64,000 nucleotides of DNA from Candidatus Omnitrophota bacterium. GTDB taxonomy: Bacteria; Omnitrophota; Gorgyraeia; Zapsychrales; Fredricksoniimonadaceae. The position numbers and the translations under genes were made by a program. The stretch spans positions 17,631 to 81,630 of the forward strand of contig JBGAJA010000004.1 of NCBI GenBank assembly GCA_044225175.1, read 5' to 3'. The number at the start of each line of letters is the position of its first letter. The first letter of the stretch is position 1. The notes beneath the pieces were generated by a model. It was not told the DNA's origin and ran no database searches. It worked only from the letters and a program-made list of their open reading frames with translations. Below, piece by piece: positions 46,528-57,050 of the stretch.

Positions 46528-46538
46528 AAAAAATGAAT

Positions 46539-48143
46539 TTAAGTATTTACCACAATTGCTGGAGAATCGACTAATTCAATTAAAGGATTTTTTTCTTTGT
46601 AGTACTTAAGTGACCAATCATTGGGAAAAAGGATGACATAGCGCTCCTGATCATCTTGAGCCAAACCAGCTCCATTGGGAAGGAGCTTGATTAGCTCAGC
46701 TTCATCGACATCTGACTGTACCCATCTGAGAATGCGCCACGGCATTTGATCTAGGTATGTCTCTGCCCCATATTCATCTTTCAGTCGATATTGTAAGACT
46801 TCAAACTGTAAAGGTCCAACCGCACCTAATAACGGCATGCTGTTCTTAGGTTGCTTCAAGCTAAAGGCTTGAACGATATTCTCCGCCAAAAGATGATCCA
46901 TTCCTTTTCGAAAAGACTTATAGGTTGAGGGCATCGTATTTTGGATCATTGCAAAGCATTCGGGAGCGAATCTTGGAATTTCCCCATATACAATATTTGG
47001 ATCCATGCTAATCGTGTCTCCAATACGAAGATCATTCTTGGTCACAAATCCGACAATATCACCCGGATAGGCCTCATTGACGATTTCACGGTCACGTCCA
47101 AAAATATTATGAGAATCAGACAGCTTGATATCTTCACCCGTTCTAGTATGCGTGACTGTAATGTTTCGCATGAATTTACCTGAACAGATTCGAACAAAGA
47201 CAACTTTATCCCGATGCATAGGGTTCATATTGGTCTGGACTTTAAACACAAAAGCAGAAAAATTAGGATTATCAACAGGAACCAGGCCGGTCAGTGAATT
47301 TCGAGGCGAAGGGCCAATGGAGTATTCCAGGAAACCATTTAATAGAAGTTCAACGCCAAAATTATTAGCTGCACTGCCAAAAAATACTGGCGTCATCTTC
47401 CCCGCCAAAACCTGCTGATGGTCAAATTCACCCTGAGTAGCACTTAAAATATCAAGCTCTTCAACCACTTCCTTATAAATACTTTCCGTCAAAATATCTT
47501 TAACTGAAGTATCTGTAATATCATGCACAGAAACAGGAGCCTTATACTTTCCACCTGGCACCCGCTCGAACAAATGCACTTCTTTTTTAACTCGATCATA
47601 AATCCCTTTAAAATAAGTCCCATTGCCTAAAGGCCAATTGATTGGATAAGCCTTCAAACTAAGAACTTTCTCTAATTGATCCATCAACTCAAGCATGGGC
47701 ATGGAAGGTCGATCAAGCTTGTTAAAGAAAGTGAAAATTGGGATCCCGCGCTTGCGACAAATCTCAAAGAGTTTACGTGTTTGGGTCTCAATACCTTTAC
47801 CTGCATCTATCACCATCACAACCGCATCAACCGCCATTAACACTCTATAGGTATCTTCAGAGAAGTCCTTGTGACCTGGTGTATCCAGTAAGTTTAAACG
47901 AAAGCCATCATAATCGAATTGTAAGACGGTAGACGAGATCGAAATCCCACGTTTCTTCTCAAGCTCCATCCAATCGGAGGCCGTATCTCTTTGTCTTTTA
48001 TTGGCCGTGACAGAACCTGCCAGTCCAAGAGCGCCGCCATATAGCAAAAGCTTTTCGGTTAGCGTGGTCTTACCAGCATCAGGATGGGAGATGATTGCAA
48101 ATGTACGTCTTCTAGCAGTTTCTTGTCGTATTTCTTCGTTCAT
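46539..48143 (-). CDS. prfC: Peptide chain release factor 3
   Basis: RTFAIISHPDAGKTTLTEKLL, DTPGHKDF and NKLDR GTPase motifs in a 534-aa product. Confidence 0.9.
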   Translation of the reverse strand: MNEEIRQETARRRTFAIISHPDAGKTTLTEKLLLYGGALGLAGSVTANKRQRDTASDWMELEKKRGISISSTVLQFDYDGFRLNLLDTPGHKDFSEDTYRVLMAVDAVVMVIDAGKGIETQTRKLFEICRKRGIPIFTFFNKLDRPSMPMLELMDQLEKVLSLKAYPINWPLGNGTYFKGIYDRVKKEVHLFERVPGGKYKAPVSVHDITDTSVKDILTESIYKEVVEELDILSATQGEFDHQQVLAGKMTPVFFGSAANNFGVELLLNGFLEYSIGPSPRNSLTGLVPVDNPNFSAFVFKVQTNMNPMHRDKVVFVRICSGKFMRNITVTHTRTGEDIKLSDSHNIFGRDREIVNEAYPGDIVGFVTKNDLRIGDTISMDPNIVYGEIPRFAPECFAMIQNTMPSTYKSFRKGMDHLLAENIVQAFSLKQPKNSMPLLGAVGPLQFEVLQYRLKDEYGAETYLDQMPWRILRWVQSDVDEAELIKLLPNGAGLAQDDQERYVILFPNDWSLKYYKEKNPLIELVDSPAIVVNT

Positions 48144-48156
48144 GAGATTCTTGTGG

Positions 48157-49956
48157 CTATCCTTGATTAATCAGTTGAATAAAAATATCAGCAAATTTCC
48201 TAAGCTTCTGTTCTCCTACTCCATAAATCTGAGCAAACTCTTGCCTGGTTCTGGGTCGCTGTTGGCACATATCAATCAAAGACTTGTCAGAGAAAATGAT
48301 ATAGGGCGGCACACCGCTTCGATCGGCCAGTTCTTTTCGCTTGGCACGAAGTTTTTCAAAGAGGCTGTCATCGTATCCTACCTTCTGCGTGCGGTTAACA
48401 ACCTTAGGTTTGGGAGCTTCTAATGGCAACGCATAACCTTCAAACTTCTGCCGACCGCTTAAAATCTGATAAGAAGCTTCGTTTAACTTCAAAACTCCAT
48501 ATTCATCATCCTTACGTATCAAGTTATGAACAAGAAACTGCTGCACCAAATATTGCCATTGTTTCACGGACAAATGGGCCCCCGCCTTAAATGTGGCACA
48601 ATATTGATGGCTATAATTAATGATTTTCTCATTCTCACTACCTCGCAATACATTGATCACATGATTAGCCCCAAAACGTTCTTCCGTCTCAGATATACAC
48701 TGTAAGAACTTCACAGCTTCAGCAGTTAGATTGATTGTTGATTGCTGCGGCTTAGTGCAATTATCACAAAGTCCGCAATTCTCAATCGCATAGCTCTCTC
48801 CGAAATAGGTAATTAATGGAAGACGTCTACAATTACGGCTTTCCGCATAAGCGGTGATAGCATTCAAATGGTTTTGGGCAACGCGCTTTTGATCTTCGTC
48901 TTCTTTTTGATCAATAAAATATTTGATCTTATAGGCATCGCCTGCGCTAAATAGCAGCAAACAATGCGCTGGCAAACCATCCCGTCCTGCTCGGCCAGTT
49001 TCTTGATAATAGGATTCAATATTCTTAGGAAGATCAAAGTGAATAACAAAGCGGACATTAGGCTTATTGATTCCCATACCAAAAGCAATGGTGGCCACCA
49101 TGATGGGCACATCATCACGGATGAAAAGTTCCTGATTTTTATGACGCACCTCATCAGAAAGACCTGCATGATAAGGAAGAGCTCTATACCCAAATTTATT
49201 TAAATCTTCTGCCAGACTATCCACTTGCTTTCTTGAGAAACAATAAATAATCCCTCCCTGCCCTTTAAACTTCTCCAGAAGCTCAACCACCTGATCCGTA
49301 GGATTGCTTTTAGGAATGACTTCATAAAACAAATTATCACGATTGAAGCTTGCAATTAACCTTCTGGGATTCTTTAATCCCAAATTGGTGACAATATCCT
49401 GACAAACCCGTTTGGTGGCGGTTGCCGTCACGGCTAGAAATACCGCAGAGGGAAAAATCTCACGAAGGTCTTTAATGCGGCGATATTCTGGACGAAAATC
49501 ATGCCCCCACTCGGAAATACAGTGGGCCTCATCAATTGTGATGCAATCCACCTGGCAATGGGCCAGCATTTCTAAAATGTCGGTCTTAAACAGTGTTTCA
49601 GGCGCACAAAATAATAGCTTGGTCCTTCCAGAACGTACTAAATTAATATTATTAAGATATTCTTCCCAAGTCAGCGAACTGTTTAAGAACTCCGCTTCAA
49701 CACCTAACTCTTTAAGCTGAGAAACCTGATCTCTCATCAGCGAAATCAAAGGTGACACGACAACCGTAAGTCCTGGAAGCATAAGGGCTGGAATCTGGTA
49801 GCAAATCGACTTACCTCCACCAGTGGGCATAATGAGGACCGTATCTTGCTTATCCAAGACAGATTGGATACACGTCTCTTGCAAAGGGCGAAAATGATCG
49901 TAACCAAAAACAGATTTGAGGATATTTAATTTATTGTTATTAGTAGCTGTATTCAT
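48157..49956 (-). CDS. recQ: ATP-dependent DNA helicase RecQ
   Basis: FGYDHFRPLQ, DEAH box (IDEAHCISEWGHDFRPEY), a zinc-binding Cys cluster, and a C-terminal HRDC-like region. Confidence 0.9.
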   Translation of the reverse strand: MNTATNNNKLNILKSVFGYDHFRPLQETCIQSVLDKQDTVLIMPTGGGKSICYQIPALMLPGLTVVVSPLISLMRDQVSQLKELGVEAEFLNSSLTWEEYLNNINLVRSGRTKLLFCAPETLFKTDILEMLAHCQVDCITIDEAHCISEWGHDFRPEYRRIKDLREIFPSAVFLAVTATATKRVCQDIVTNLGLKNPRRLIASFNRDNLFYEVIPKSNPTDQVVELLEKFKGQGGIIYCFSRKQVDSLAEDLNKFGYRALPYHAGLSDEVRHKNQELFIRDDVPIMVATIAFGMGINKPNVRFVIHFDLPKNIESYYQETGRAGRDGLPAHCLLLFSAGDAYKIKYFIDQKEDEDQKRVAQNHLNAITAYAESRNCRRLPLITYFGESYAIENCGLCDNCTKPQQSTINLTAEAVKFLQCISETEERFGANHVINVLRGSENEKIINYSHQYCATFKAGAHLSVKQWQYLVQQFLVHNLIRKDDEYGVLKLNEASYQILSGRQKFEGYALPLEAPKPKVVNRTQKVGYDDSLFEKLRAKRKELADRSGVPPYIIFSDKSLIDMCQQRPRTRQEFAQIYGVGEQKLRKFADIFIQLINQG

Positions 49957-49964
49957 GAATTCAC

Positions 49965-51254
49965 TTATAGGATTTGCCCAACCATAGATTGACCTTCGAT
50001 GGTTTCAAGCTTTATGGGAAGGATTTGATTGTGTAAATTTCTTTGCGAGTGATCTGCTACTTTCACTTTAATATAGTTATCTGTAACCCCAATCCAATGA
50101 CCGGATTTAAATTCTTCAAATAAAACATCCTGGGTAGAGCCTAGTAAGGATTCATGAAATATACGACGCTTACGATCAGATAGTTCTCTTAAAATTTGAC
50201 TTCTCTTGCTAATAATATGCGATGGAACTGCGTCTCCACGAAGACGGCTTTTTGCCATTTGACGCTCAGAATAACTAAACACATGCGCATAGTTGATAGG
50301 TTCTTCTCGAATAAGATCTACCGTATCATCAAAATGCTTATCTGTTTCCCCAGGAAATCCAACAATCACATCAGTTCCCATGCAAATCTGAGGAACTTGG
50401 GCGAAAGCTAAACGGATGAAATCAATGAATTCACTTCTTGTGTATTTACGCTTCATTTCCATTAAAACATCATCTGAGCCGCTTTGAAGAGGAATATGTA
50501 GATAACGGCAAAGCTTATGGGATGGCCTCATGTAGTCAAATAATTCTGTCGCAATAGTCGTAGGTTCGATCGAAGAAATGCGAATACGCTCTAATCCTTG
50601 GACACCATCGAGCGCTTTAATCACATCCATCATGGTCTTTTTTTCATGACCATATGTGCCAATATTGATACCTGTTAGGATAAGCTCTTTATGCCCCCCT
50701 TTTACCAAAGCATTGGCTTCTAAAAGAATATCCTCAAACATCCGGCTGCGCGCCCGACCACGAGCGTAGGGAATTTCACAAAAAGAACAAAAGAAATCGC
50801 AGCCATCTTGAATCTTAATATTGGCTCTCGTATGCTGGCGATCCATCGAATGTGTTGGCTGAGTGAAAGGTTCTCTGTCTATAGTGGGCGTAATGACTTG
50901 AGTCTCTGAAGGATTAGGATTGGCTTGGAGAATCGAAACCAAATCCATTTTGACCCCATTTCCAACAATCCACCGGACATTAGACATAGATGCCAACTGT
51001 TCTTTCTGCACTTGAGCTTGGCAGCCCACTAAAGCAATACGAACATTAGGATTACGGCGATTAGCCTTATTAACAAGCTTACGAGTATCCGCATCCCCAC
51101 CTTCTGTCACGGTACACGTATTGATGACCACAATGTCAGATTCATCATCAAAATCAACCACCTCATATCCTTTAGCTTCAAAGGAATTCTGAATGGATGC
51201 TGTTTCGCTTTGATTAAGCCGACAGCCTAATGTTGAAAAGGAAATCTTAGACAT
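49965..51254 (-). CDS. mtaB: Radical-SAM methylthiotransferase of the MiaB/RimO/MtaB family, most like MtaB
   Basis: N-terminal MTTase domain (TLGCRLNQSE), a CxxxCxxC radical-SAM motif (CDFFCSFC), and a TRAM-like C-terminus. Confidence 0.65.
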   Translation of the reverse strand: MSKISFSTLGCRLNQSETASIQNSFEAKGYEVVDFDDESDIVVINTCTVTEGGDADTRKLVNKANRRNPNVRIALVGCQAQVQKEQLASMSNVRWIVGNGVKMDLVSILQANPNPSETQVITPTIDREPFTQPTHSMDRQHTRANIKIQDGCDFFCSFCEIPYARGRARSRMFEDILLEANALVKGGHKELILTGINIGTYGHEKKTMMDVIKALDGVQGLERIRISSIEPTTIATELFDYMRPSHKLCRYLHIPLQSGSDDVLMEMKRKYTRSEFIDFIRLAFAQVPQICMGTDVIVGFPGETDKHFDDTVDLIREEPINYAHVFSYSERQMAKSRLRGDAVPSHIISKRSQILRELSDRKRRIFHESLLGSTQDVLFEEFKSGHWIGVTDNYIKVKVADHSQRNLHNQILPIKLETIEGQSMVGQIL

Positions 51255-52218
51255 TAGCTGTGCTTAACTCCGATAAGTGCTTAATACGTTTGAGCATATT
51301 AGGATGAGTGCTTAAGAATTCCATCATCTTTTCTCCACCACCAATACGAACTTGTTTATTTCTGATCCGAAAGAGTTCAGCACTATCGATAGTTCCATCT
51401 TGATTAGTGTCCAAAGTCTTTAAATCACGAATTTCATGAATAGCTTGAGAAGGATCATTAATAAAGAAAGCCTTCATTCCTTCTACTTCCTTCATATCAG
51501 CCGTATCAGCCATACGCGCAGAACCATAGACAAGTTTATAAAGAGCACTTGCCAAGGCAGCGGGCTTATTTCCCAATTCGACCGATCCTTTATCTGCAAA
51601 ATATTCACGAATACGAGATCCATACAAAACAAGTAAGTTTGTTACAAAATAAAATACAAGAGCTGCTATTCCAATAAGAACAGTGTTTCCACCATTTCGA
51701 TCATTACGACGCCCACTAAACATAAAACTCCAGGCAATGCGGTACATGATCATAGGAATAACAGAAAGAAGTGTAATAAAAAGAACATCGCGGCTTTTGA
51801 TGTGTGTTAGTTCATGCCCTAATACAGCCTTTAATTCTTCATCATTGAGAAGATTCATAATTCCACGACTCACACACACACGGCCATCATTAATTCCGCG
51901 TCCAAACGCAAAAGCATTTGGCGCTTGATGTTCTGAGATACATAAACGAGGCATAGGCATATTGCCACGACGGGTCATTTCTTCAACCATGGCAAATAAT
52001 TTTGGATTGTCTTCACGTTTGATGTATTTGATCCCCATGGTCCATTCAATGATCTTAGGACCGATCATGTACTGCACCCACATCATTCCAAGGGAAATGA
52101 TGAGATAGAAATAGAAGTCATTTACACCTGCTGCCGTGCCAATCATGACTACAATGGCATAAATAATGGCAAACATAGCTGCAACCAACAACATCATTTG
52201 AGTTTGAAGACTAACCAT
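51247..52218 (-). CDS. htpX: HtpX-like M48 zinc metalloprotease
   Basis: HELTHIKSRD zinc motif and four TM helices. A perfect AGGAGG SD is present. Confidence 0.8.
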   Translation of the reverse strand: MVSLQTQMMLLVAAMFAIIYAIVVMIGTAAGVNDFYFYLIISLGMMWVQYMIGPKIIEWTMGIKYIKREDNPKLFAMVEEMTRRGNMPMPRLCISEHQAPNAFAFGRGINDGRVCVSRGIMNLLNDEELKAVLGHELTHIKSRDVLFITLLSVIPMIMYRIAWSFMFSGRRNDRNGGNTVLIGIAALVFYFVTNLLVLYGSRIREYFADKGSVELGNKPAALASALYKLVYGSARMADTADMKEVEGMKAFFINDPSQAIHEIRDLKTLDTNQDGTIDSAELFRIRNKQVRIGGGEKMMEFLSTHPNMLKRIKHLSELSTANV

Positions 52219-52332
52219 ATCATCCTCCTAATTTATAAGAACTAATAGCCAGGCTATTAATAAACAACTTCCACGGCTTCTTTTTACCATAAAGACATAG
52301 TTATCTCAATAGAAACCGGAATCACAGGAATA

Positions 52333-52554
52333 CTAAATCTTTCGAAACCTAGGGATAGATTTGCCATTGACGATCACATGTTCTGTAAACATTGTAAAAG
52401 GTCTGACCCAGAGGGAACCTTCGGGGAAATCACTGGCATAGAGCATTTTATAAACAACAAACAATTCCAACGTTTCGCTATGGCGAGCAACATCAATGAC
52501 TTCGTAGCGCTTGCCCTTATAATGTTCGTAAATACCTTTTTGGATTTCACTCAT
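52333..52554 (-). CDS. DUF1653-like small protein
   Basis: IYEHYKGKRYEV...VVYKMLY pattern. Confidence 0.35.
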   Translation of the reverse strand: MSEIQKGIYEHYKGKRYEVIDVARHSETLELFVVYKMLYASDFPEGSLWVRPFTMFTEHVIVNGKSIPRFRKI

Positions 52555-52832
52555 TTTAAACGCTCATGTTCCATGATATCTAGCGCTTTAATAACGACTT
52601 TGGATTTAGCATCACACTGGAACTCTGTTTTAAGCATATTATAGATGGCTTCATCTCGTTGAACTGGTTTCAAATCCCTAAAATCATCAGAAACAACAAG
52701 AATGGAAAATTGAATTCCATCTTCCCTAGTTGAATCCTTATCTTTTTGAGCATAATCAACGATGTTCAGATAAGAAATATTAAAACGTTCTCGGAGATAG
52801 CCTTCTATAGATCTTGCATTCATACCATTCAC
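52551..52832 (-). CDS. bolA: BolA-family protein
   Basis: FSILVVSDDFRDLKPVQRDEAIYNML resembles the BolA helix-turn motif. Confidence 0.5.
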   Translation of the reverse strand: MNGMNARSIEGYLRERFNISYLNIVDYAQKDKDSTREDGIQFSILVVSDDFRDLKPVQRDEAIYNMLKTEFQCDAKSKVVIKALDIMEHERLK

Positions 52833-53455
52833 TGCGACTTCATCTCTTTAGAATGTAGATCGTTAATATCTTTGGGACAAACAATACCCATGGAAACAAT
52901 GATCTTCAAACACTCCTCCACACTCCAACCTGGATCAATAACTTGGGAAGCTTTCACCACAATAACAAAACCTGCAGGAGTCGGTGCGGTCGACACCAGA
53001 ATTGATAAATATTCTTCCTTAGTAGCAGCATGAATCATAGATCCCATGACAAAAGCAGGAACCCATACTCCATTTTCAAGTTTAACTAATACAGCCTTTT
53101 TCAAAGAATTCTTTTGATCACCCGCTATTAAAAGACTCTTGGAAAGCTGTTTTCCAACAGAATAAATAGCCTTAATCAAAGGAATACGCACACTAATTTT
53201 CTCAATAAAGGAAAAAAATTGACGACCAATAATATTACTAGTGATCAGACCAAGCAAATAAAGACTAGTAATCAGAATCAGTATGCCAACCCCAGGTATT
53301 TGACGAATTTCAAGAAATCCTCCCAAAAGATTCATGATTCTTTTATCAATAAATACATACAGCAAATAAATAGCCATGACACATAAAAGAATAGGAATAA
53401 TGGCTAACAAACCTCGAAAAACGTGAGTCTGAATATGTACTAAAATTTTCTTCAT
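52829..53455 (-). CDS. DUF502-family membrane protein
   Basis: Two N-terminal TM helices and a conserved GLL..P motif. Confidence 0.4.
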   Translation of the reverse strand: MKKILVHIQTHVFRGLLAIIPILLCVMAIYLLYVFIDKRIMNLLGGFLEIRQIPGVGILILITSLYLLGLITSNIIGRQFFSFIEKISVRIPLIKAIYSVGKQLSKSLLIAGDQKNSLKKAVLVKLENGVWVPAFVMGSMIHAATKEEYLSILVSTAPTPAGFVIVVKASQVIDPGWSVEECLKIIVSMGIVCPKDINDLHSKEMKSQ

Positions 53456-53466
53456 TTTACCTCACC

Positions 53467-54075
53467 TTACTCTGGCCTTTTCATGGTTATGATCTCACCT
53501 AAAGGCGCATAAAGAGCTCCACCTAGACGAGCCAAAGGATCCAGCTCTTTAGGATCAATGGTTAATCTTCCATCTGATTCTTTAACAATACGATTGTCTA
53601 ACCAAATATGAGTAACTAGTCCCAAAATTAGAGCTTGTGAAGCATTACCTAATTCTTGAATACTATGACGTTCACAAAATAAAGCTACTTTAGCACTTTT
53701 AAGTCTTGGTAAAGCCTGTCCTTCAACTTTTTCTAAAGAAATTTTCAAATGGTCAATTTCTGAAATACCATGATCAAGGGGCACTGCAGATCCCGCTACA
53801 TCTTTAAGGTGTTCAACGGATGGAATATGGACAACAAAATGACTGCGTTCTTGAATGTTAACCCAAGTATCTTTGCGGGTCGTTTCATCCTTCCAACCCA
53901 TAGAAAGCATAATAATCGGAGGATTTGAGGTTACGGCATTGAAAAAAGAAAACGGAGCTAAATTGTAAGCTCCATTCCCATGGTCCGACAACACCCAAGC
54001 AATAGGCCTTGGGACTACAGCTTGGATGAGAGTAAAATAATTTTGGTCTGAATGTTTAGTAAAGTCGATGAGCAT
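53467..54075 (-). CDS. Flavin reductase-like FMN-binding domain protein
   Basis: VVPRPIAWVLSDHGNGAYNLAPFSFFNAVTSNPPIIMLS matches the Flavin_Reduct pattern. Confidence 0.55.
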   Translation of the reverse strand: MLIDFTKHSDQNYFTLIQAVVPRPIAWVLSDHGNGAYNLAPFSFFNAVTSNPPIIMLSMGWKDETTRKDTWVNIQERSHFVVHIPSVEHLKDVAGSAVPLDHGISEIDHLKISLEKVEGQALPRLKSAKVALFCERHSIQELGNASQALILGLVTHIWLDNRIVKESDGRLTIDPKELDPLARLGGALYAPLGEIITMKRPE

Positions 54076-54303
54076 GATGTTTTATTAATTTAGAAGGTGG
54101 TGTCAGAGATAAATCTCTGACACCTAAACCTAGTTACTTCTTCTTTCCCGCTGTCTTACCCTTCTTAATCTTATTCTTAGGATTCTTATCTCCCATACTT
54201 CTCCTGTCGTAACCTACATTAAGAGCCGCCCTGTTGAACTGCTCTATGATCATCATACTGGAACATAATACCTGTTTTTATTCTAAAGCACAGAAGTGTC
54301 TAA

Positions 54304-55560
54304 CTATTTTTCTAACCACTCAAAAGCTTGTTTCAAGCCTGCAGATGTAGCTTTCACTCTCAAATCAAACAGTTCATTACCGCTTTCCCCAGTGGCCAAA
54401 TAATTCTTAACCAGCTTTGCATTATCTTTGGCTTTGGGGTGTTCAACCATATCTTCGATGGGGACATTGACTCCCAGGAAGGCTTCTACATCGAAATTGA
54501 TCTCGTGGCGAACAAATGTTCCGTCGATATTCTTCTTGGATAGAAGCATTTTGGCAGCACGTTTTAAGGGAAAGGCAATTGAGCCTTCGATACCGTTTCT
54601 GACAATAATGATCTTTTCAAAACCAGCGCGCTCCGCAATTGTCATCATCTTCTCTCCATAAGGTGGATGAAAGGCTGAAGCGATCAGAATTTGGGCTTTA
54701 GCAGGGTTGACAAATCGCTCTAAGGTTGACAAGAATGGGCGCTTGATGGTCTGACGTCTAATACTCACCCAACGGTCTAAAGCTTTGGATAAATCGGATT
54801 GATGAAAATACCATCCCAGCGACGGAATACTAGAGGATAAATCTTCGTTTCCCTGGACTTTTTTAATACCTAATTCTTGGATGACATCCCAAAGATTCAT
54901 CTCAAGCTTGGGACCGCTGTTATTGCCAATCATATGAATGGCCCGAAAACCAAGACTTTGAATGTATTTAGCTATGAGAGGGGTAATCATATAGGAATGA
55001 TCCACCCCATCAAAAGGCTCAGAAAGCTGAACAATTGGTAGTCCAGCAGGAACAGGTGTTTTAAAAGGTTCAGTCAATGTTTCATGAATAGCTTGCAGAA
55101 TGCCTTCATACTCATCATCGGTCTCATAACGCACACGTAAGTAACTTGCAACCACCCCTCTAGCCCCGTCTCCAAGCTGATCTGATAGAAGAAACTTACC
55201 TAGATCATAAGCTGTTTGACGATCAAGTGTACTGCCACTGATTAACTTCACACAAATCCAGCGGACAAAGTCTGGGGCATCAGCTGTAATAGTTTGGATT
55301 AACTTTTGAGGATCTTCAAAAACCCCTTGAGGGAACGCTTGGCCTAAAACTTGTTCCTGAGGTTCTATCCCTTTAGCCAAAAGACCAGCAAAAAAAGCAC
55401 CTTTAGCCGCATCGGAGACTCTATTAGCTTTTAAATCCTCAATGATCTCAAGGGCTACCTCTGGCGGCAAAGGCTGGGAACCTTTTTTGCCAACCCCAAC
55501 GGTTTTAATGCCCTTGACGATGGGTGAATCTGTATCTTTATATCTAAGCATGAGGGGCAT
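54304..55560 (-). CDS. Glycosyltransferase family 3 (TrpD/YbiB-like) protein
   Basis: N-terminal helical bundle (EVALEIIEDLKANRVSDAAKGAFFAGLLAKGIEPQE) and an internal HMIGNNSGPKLEMNLWDVIQELG resembling the TrpD region KHGNR..SS.SGSADVLEALG. At 418 aa it is longer than canonical TrpD. Confidence 0.3.
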   Translation of the reverse strand: MPLMLRYKDTDSPIVKGIKTVGVGKKGSQPLPPEVALEIIEDLKANRVSDAAKGAFFAGLLAKGIEPQEQVLGQAFPQGVFEDPQKLIQTITADAPDFVRWICVKLISGSTLDRQTAYDLGKFLLSDQLGDGARGVVASYLRVRYETDDEYEGILQAIHETLTEPFKTPVPAGLPIVQLSEPFDGVDHSYMITPLIAKYIQSLGFRAIHMIGNNSGPKLEMNLWDVIQELGIKKVQGNEDLSSSIPSLGWYFHQSDLSKALDRWVSIRRQTIKRPFLSTLERFVNPAKAQILIASAFHPPYGEKMMTIAERAGFEKIIIVRNGIEGSIAFPLKRAAKMLLSKKNIDGTFVRHEINFDVEAFLGVNVPIEDMVEHPKAKDNAKLVKNYLATGESGNELFDLRVKATSAGLKQAFEWLEK

Positions 55561-55719
55561 TATACTGCATTTGCATTAAAAGTAAATTTGGATATAATAA
55601 CTCCTATTGCATTTCCCCAATGCATAGTTTCAAAATAACCCATAAATATCCGTTCTACAGCCGTAGCTTTTCCCACTACCTTTCATGCCAACGGATCAAA
55701 CGAAAGGATCTTTAAATTT

Positions 55720-55920
55720 ATGATTAAGATGAAATCAGACACAAAAGAATTTTTAGGAAGGTATTTTGGGGATTTAAGTAAAGCCATAATTACTGTAGGA
55801 TTTGCAAGCTACTTCTTTAAAGATATGCCATTACTATGGCGATATGGATGCGTCGTGGCCGCGCTTGTATTGCTAATAGTAAGTGTTATAATTATCAACA
55901 GTAAAGGAGAAAAAATATGA
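55720..55920 (+). CDS. Small membrane protein (66 aa). A second 33-aa membrane micro-ORF (MIMFITVILIAIFAVGYIWLSERDSKKTPHTHK) follows at 55917-56018 via an ATGA overlap
   Basis: Both have a single TM helix. Their coding status is unverified. Confidence 0.3.
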   Translation: MIKMKSDTKEFLGRYFGDLSKAIITVGFASYFFKDMPLLWRYGCVVAALVLLIVSVIIINSKGEKI

Positions 55921-56045
55921 TTATGTTTATTACAGTAATTTTAATAGCAATCTTTGCCGTTGGTTATATATGGTTAAGCGAACGTGATTCAAAAAAGACG
56001 CCGCATACTCATAAATAATCCTACCTTGAACAATTTGCATAAAAA

Positions 56046-57050
56046 ATGAATTTGGATATAATGGGGCCCATGAAAATTGGCCCCATTTCTATTAATCAGT
56101 CTCTGGCCTTAGCCCCCATGGAAGATGTGACCGAGCTTCCCTTTCGTGTCATCTGTAAGCGTTTAGGTGCAGACTTGGTTTACACTGAATTTACTGCTTC
56201 CGAAGCCCTCATCCGCGAAGTTCCTAAAGCCTTACATAAAATTGAAATCCATGAAGAAGAACGTCCTGTTTCTATCCAAATCTTTGGCGGACGGCCTGAA
56301 GCTATGGAAGGTGCAGCTCAAGTCGTTGAACGCTTTAAGCCTGACTTTATTGATATCAACTGTGGCTGCTGGGTGAAGAATCATGTGGCCCGCAATGAAG
56401 GTGCTGGCCTTCTGCGTGATCTTCCCCTCTTTGAAAAGATCGTTAAAGCAACGGTTAAATCGACAAAACTCCCCGTTACTGTTAAAACTCGTTTAGGCTG
56501 GGATGATCAATCGATTGTCATTATGGATGTAGCTAAAATGGTCGAACAAGCAGGTGCTCAAGCACTCACCCTTCACTGCCGCACACGTTCCCAAGCCCAT
56601 AATGGTTTTGCTGACTGGGCTTGGCTTGAAAAGGTTAAAAAAGCTATCTCTATTCCCCTTCTTGGAAATGGCGATGTGACAACTCCTGAAGATGTAAAGG
56701 CCATGCTTGAAACTGGATGCGATGGCGTCATGATTGGACGCGGTGCTATTGCAAATCCTTGGATATTCAAACAAGCTAAGCATTATCTTAAGACGGGTCA
56801 ACTCCTTGATGAACCTTCACTAGAAGAACGCATTCAAACATGCCTAGAACATTTAAAATTAGCGGTTGAATACAAAGGTGAACGATACGGCGTACAGACA
56901 TTTCGTAAACATTATGCCGGCTACCTTAAAGGTCTTCCTAATATTGGTGCTGTCAGAATGGATCTAATGCAATGCACCGAACAATCCCAAGTCATTGAAC
57001 GATTCAAGAAATATCAAGAAAGCGAATACACAAGTCATGCAAAAATTTGA
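56046..57050 (+). CDS. dus: tRNA-dihydrouridine synthase
   Basis: LAPMEDVTELPFR and the catalytic Cys region (INCGC) in a 334-aa product. Confidence 0.85.
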   Translation: MNLDIMGPMKIGPISINQSLALAPMEDVTELPFRVICKRLGADLVYTEFTASEALIREVPKALHKIEIHEEERPVSIQIFGGRPEAMEGAAQVVERFKPDFIDINCGCWVKNHVARNEGAGLLRDLPLFEKIVKATVKSTKLPVTVKTRLGWDDQSIVIMDVAKMVEQAGAQALTLHCRTRSQAHNGFADWAWLEKVKKAISIPLLGNGDVTTPEDVKAMLETGCDGVMIGRGAIANPWIFKQAKHYLKTGQLLDEPSLEERIQTCLEHLKLAVEYKGERYGVQTFRKHYAGYLKGLPNIGAVRMDLMQCTEQSQVIERFKKYQESEYTSHAKI

